From contig OZ316894.1 of NCBI GenBank assembly GCA_973895155.1, positions 21,981,867 to 22,045,866 on the forward strand: a stretch of 64,000 nucleotides of DNA, written 5' to 3'. A program made the translations under genes and the position numbers. The notes beneath the pieces were generated by a model. It worked only from the letters and a program-made list of their open reading frames with translations, made no database searches and was not told the DNA's origin. Origin of the DNA: Marsupella aquatica (lineage: Eukaryota; Plantae; Marchantiophyta). This document shows positions 62,350 to 64,000 of the stretch, piece by piece. How positions within the stretch are numbered: the first letter of the stretch is position 1; every line of letters starts with the position of its first letter.

Positions 62350-64000
62350 ATGGTCATCGAAAATTTTAGTTTAGAGTATAGGCAAGTGTTGGAGATGATC
62401 ACAAAACATGTGAATGAGGGATATGAGCCGAATCTTGTTGCTCTGGATGCATTGAAGAACGCTCGAAACACTCTCGAACATGCTAGGAATTCTAGCAAAG
62501 TGGCCGGGAAACGAAAACGGAAGGGGGCAAACGAAGAGGCAAAACAAGTTCGACACAATGTGGTAGTGTCGATATGGAAAGAGATACTTTATCGCTACAC
62601 TCAACCGAAACAGTATGGGGTGGACGGGTTCGAGAGGGAGTTCACAAGACACGGAGAGAAAGGATACAAGAACTTTCTTGGTGAGATAACCCGTTGTATG
62701 CGGGAAAGTGTACAAAAGGAGGACAATTTCACACGAGAGCAAATGAAGTCATTTGAAGATGAAACTGAGAAACCGGGAGGATTTCTGGAAAATTTGGCAC
62801 TCAACTTGGAGAAGCATGTTTGGGATAATTTGGCAGCCAAAGTGGAAGAGGGTGACACTACATTGCTTGGAAACCCCGGGATGTACACACACAAGAGAGA
62901 ATTGCTAGTGAAGTGGAGTAAGGAGTTGGCAATGGCAAAATCTGATAGCAATGTCAAATATGCTAACGAGATTGTGCACTTTGGGGATGTCAGCATCAAA
63001 AGTGCTCGAAAAGGAACACGTCCATCGCGTGTAGTTCCAGAGGTTAGGAGTATCCATTTTCTTAAACCTGAGCAGGTGCACAACACACGTCGCATTGGGA
63101 AAGGAATCCAAGGAGAGGTATACACTTGTCGTATATTACATTGTCCTCTCATTCCCGTCAACGTGACCTTAGTCGCAAAGCGGTTCAAGGATGGAGACAA
63201 GCATAAGAGACGAACTGACGCATTACAAGAAGTGCTTATGGGAGGACTGAATCATAAGGGAATCGTTGGAGCTCTTGCGTTGACTATTGAGGATCCGCCA
63301 AAACTTATTTACGATCACTATAATGGAGGTGACTTGGGTAGCTTTATTGATAAGTGCGGCATATCGTCAAAGAGCAAGGGGAAGGCACAGATCACGACGG
63401 ACCTTGATTTCAAGTTTATTTCGGAGAAGAAACTCTTGTTGGAGAACCGGTTGGGAATCGCCTTGGCTTTGCTGGAGACACTGCAATACTTGCATGAGCA
63501 TGATCGATTTCATTGTGATCTTCACTTTGGAAACATCCTTCTTCATTTCGATCACGAGCACGATGTGGCTATTAAGGTGTATGTTGGTTTATGTGATTTT
63601 GGCTTGTCTAAGCATAAATCACAGTGCAAATTACCAGCTAATCGGATGTGGCCCACAGCAACAGAAAAAGCAGCAACATACCAAAAACAATTTCCACAGT
63701 TGGCTCCGGAGCTTGTTCAACCTACCCCTGTCGAGTTTAGTGAAAGTACCGATATATATGCTTTGGGGAATATTTTTGAGACATTGTTGACAGAGAATTG
63801 GGATGGAATGTCTAAGGGTTCACGGTTTTTGGGGAGGGGTTGGAGTGCACAAGTGCATGGCCCCAAATTGGATATCATAATCCGTGAAATGATGGCCACG
63901 GATGCCAAGAAAAGAATGGATTGTGCTTTTTGGAGTTTGAAGATAGTTCGAACGTTTCCAGATTGCACATTGCATTTGCACAACAGTCCATATCTTAGAG
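62350..64000 (+). CDS. Protein kinase (TKL-like, non-RD) with a ~235-aa N-terminal domain; 3' end lies beyond the window
   Basis: The frame is stop-free from ATG 62350 to the window end (550 codons, hand-translated). Motifs: IGKGIQGEVY, VAKRF, helix-C QEV, HCDLHFGNILL, CDFGLS, LAPE, STDIYALG, and the subdomain XI Arg (DAKKR). An NLS-like KRKRK lies in the N-terminal part. Confidence 0.9.
   Translation, partial: MVIENFSLEYRQVLEMITKHVNEGYEPNLVALDALKNARNTLEHARNSSKVAGKRKRKGANEEAKQVRHNVVVSIWKEILYRYTQPKQYGVDGFEREFTRHGEKGYKNFLGEITRCMRESVQKEDNFTREQMKSFEDETEKPGGFLENLALNLEKHVWDNLAAKVEEGDTTLLGNPGMYTHKRELLVKWSKELAMAKSDSNVKYANEIVHFGDVSIKSARKGTRPSRVVPEVRSIHFLKPEQVHNTRRIGKGIQGEVYTCRILHCPLIPVNVTLVAKRFKDGDKHKRRTDALQEVLMGGLNHKGIVGALALTIEDPPKLIYDHYNGGDLGSFIDKCGISSKSKGKAQITTDLDFKFISEKKLLLENRLGIALALLETLQYLHEHDRFHCDLHFGNILLHFDHEHDVAIKVYVGLCDFGLSKHKSQCKLPANRMWPTATEKAATYQKQFPQLAPELVQPTPVEFSESTDIYALGNIFETLLTENWDGMSKGSRFLGRGWSAQVHGPKLDIIIREMMATDAKKRMDCAFWSLKIVRTFPDCTLHLHNSPYLR

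Larger units (their letters stand above)
60867..64000 (+). mobile_element. Probable CACTA (En/Spm) element 5' end, continuing past the window
   Basis: CACTACTG at 60867 marks an abrupt AT-to-GC compositional switch and is followed by dense GC-rich short repeats (60990-61425). The other terminus and the TSD are not in the window. Confidence 0.4.

Noticed and set aside
62322-63983. Tracked ORFs overlapping the kinase (for example 62601-63200 minus, 63287-63790 plus)
   Set aside because: They are shadow frames of the real kinase ORF starting at 62350. The same applies to the antisense ORFs over the ALMT, ABCB, oxidase and AAA genes.

Overview
This is eukaryotic, intron-containing genomic DNA, most likely from a non-seed land plant such as a liverwort (inferred from gene content). 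Six protein-coding loci can be supported. (1) An intronless repeat-rich orphan protein (3183-4412, +). (2) An intronless, divergent ALMT-family channel (7137-8783, +). (3) A full-length 11-exon ABCB transporter (10011-16637, -). (4) A 4-exon secreted BBE-like/AA7 bicovalent-FAD oxidase (34920-37151, -). (5) A multi-exon fungal-type AAA+ ATPase with a long N-terminal extension (47718-52922, -). (6) A non-RD protein kinase ORF missing from the ORF track because it runs off the window end (62350->64000, +). Intergenic DNA is rich in transposons: three solo LTRs with TSDs, a MITE family with 8-bp TSD, a 4-kb Mutator-like element (10-bp TSD) carrying an RPA1-like fragment, a probable CACTA 5' end upstream of the kinase, and many local tandem duplications. 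The most striking structure is a tandem array of a miniature LTR retrotransposon (TRIM) whose LTRs each carry a tRNA-like Pol III cassette (42752-43450). Its empty insertion site is preserved in an adjacent segmental duplicate. All gene models and alignments were made by eye, and no database searches were run.
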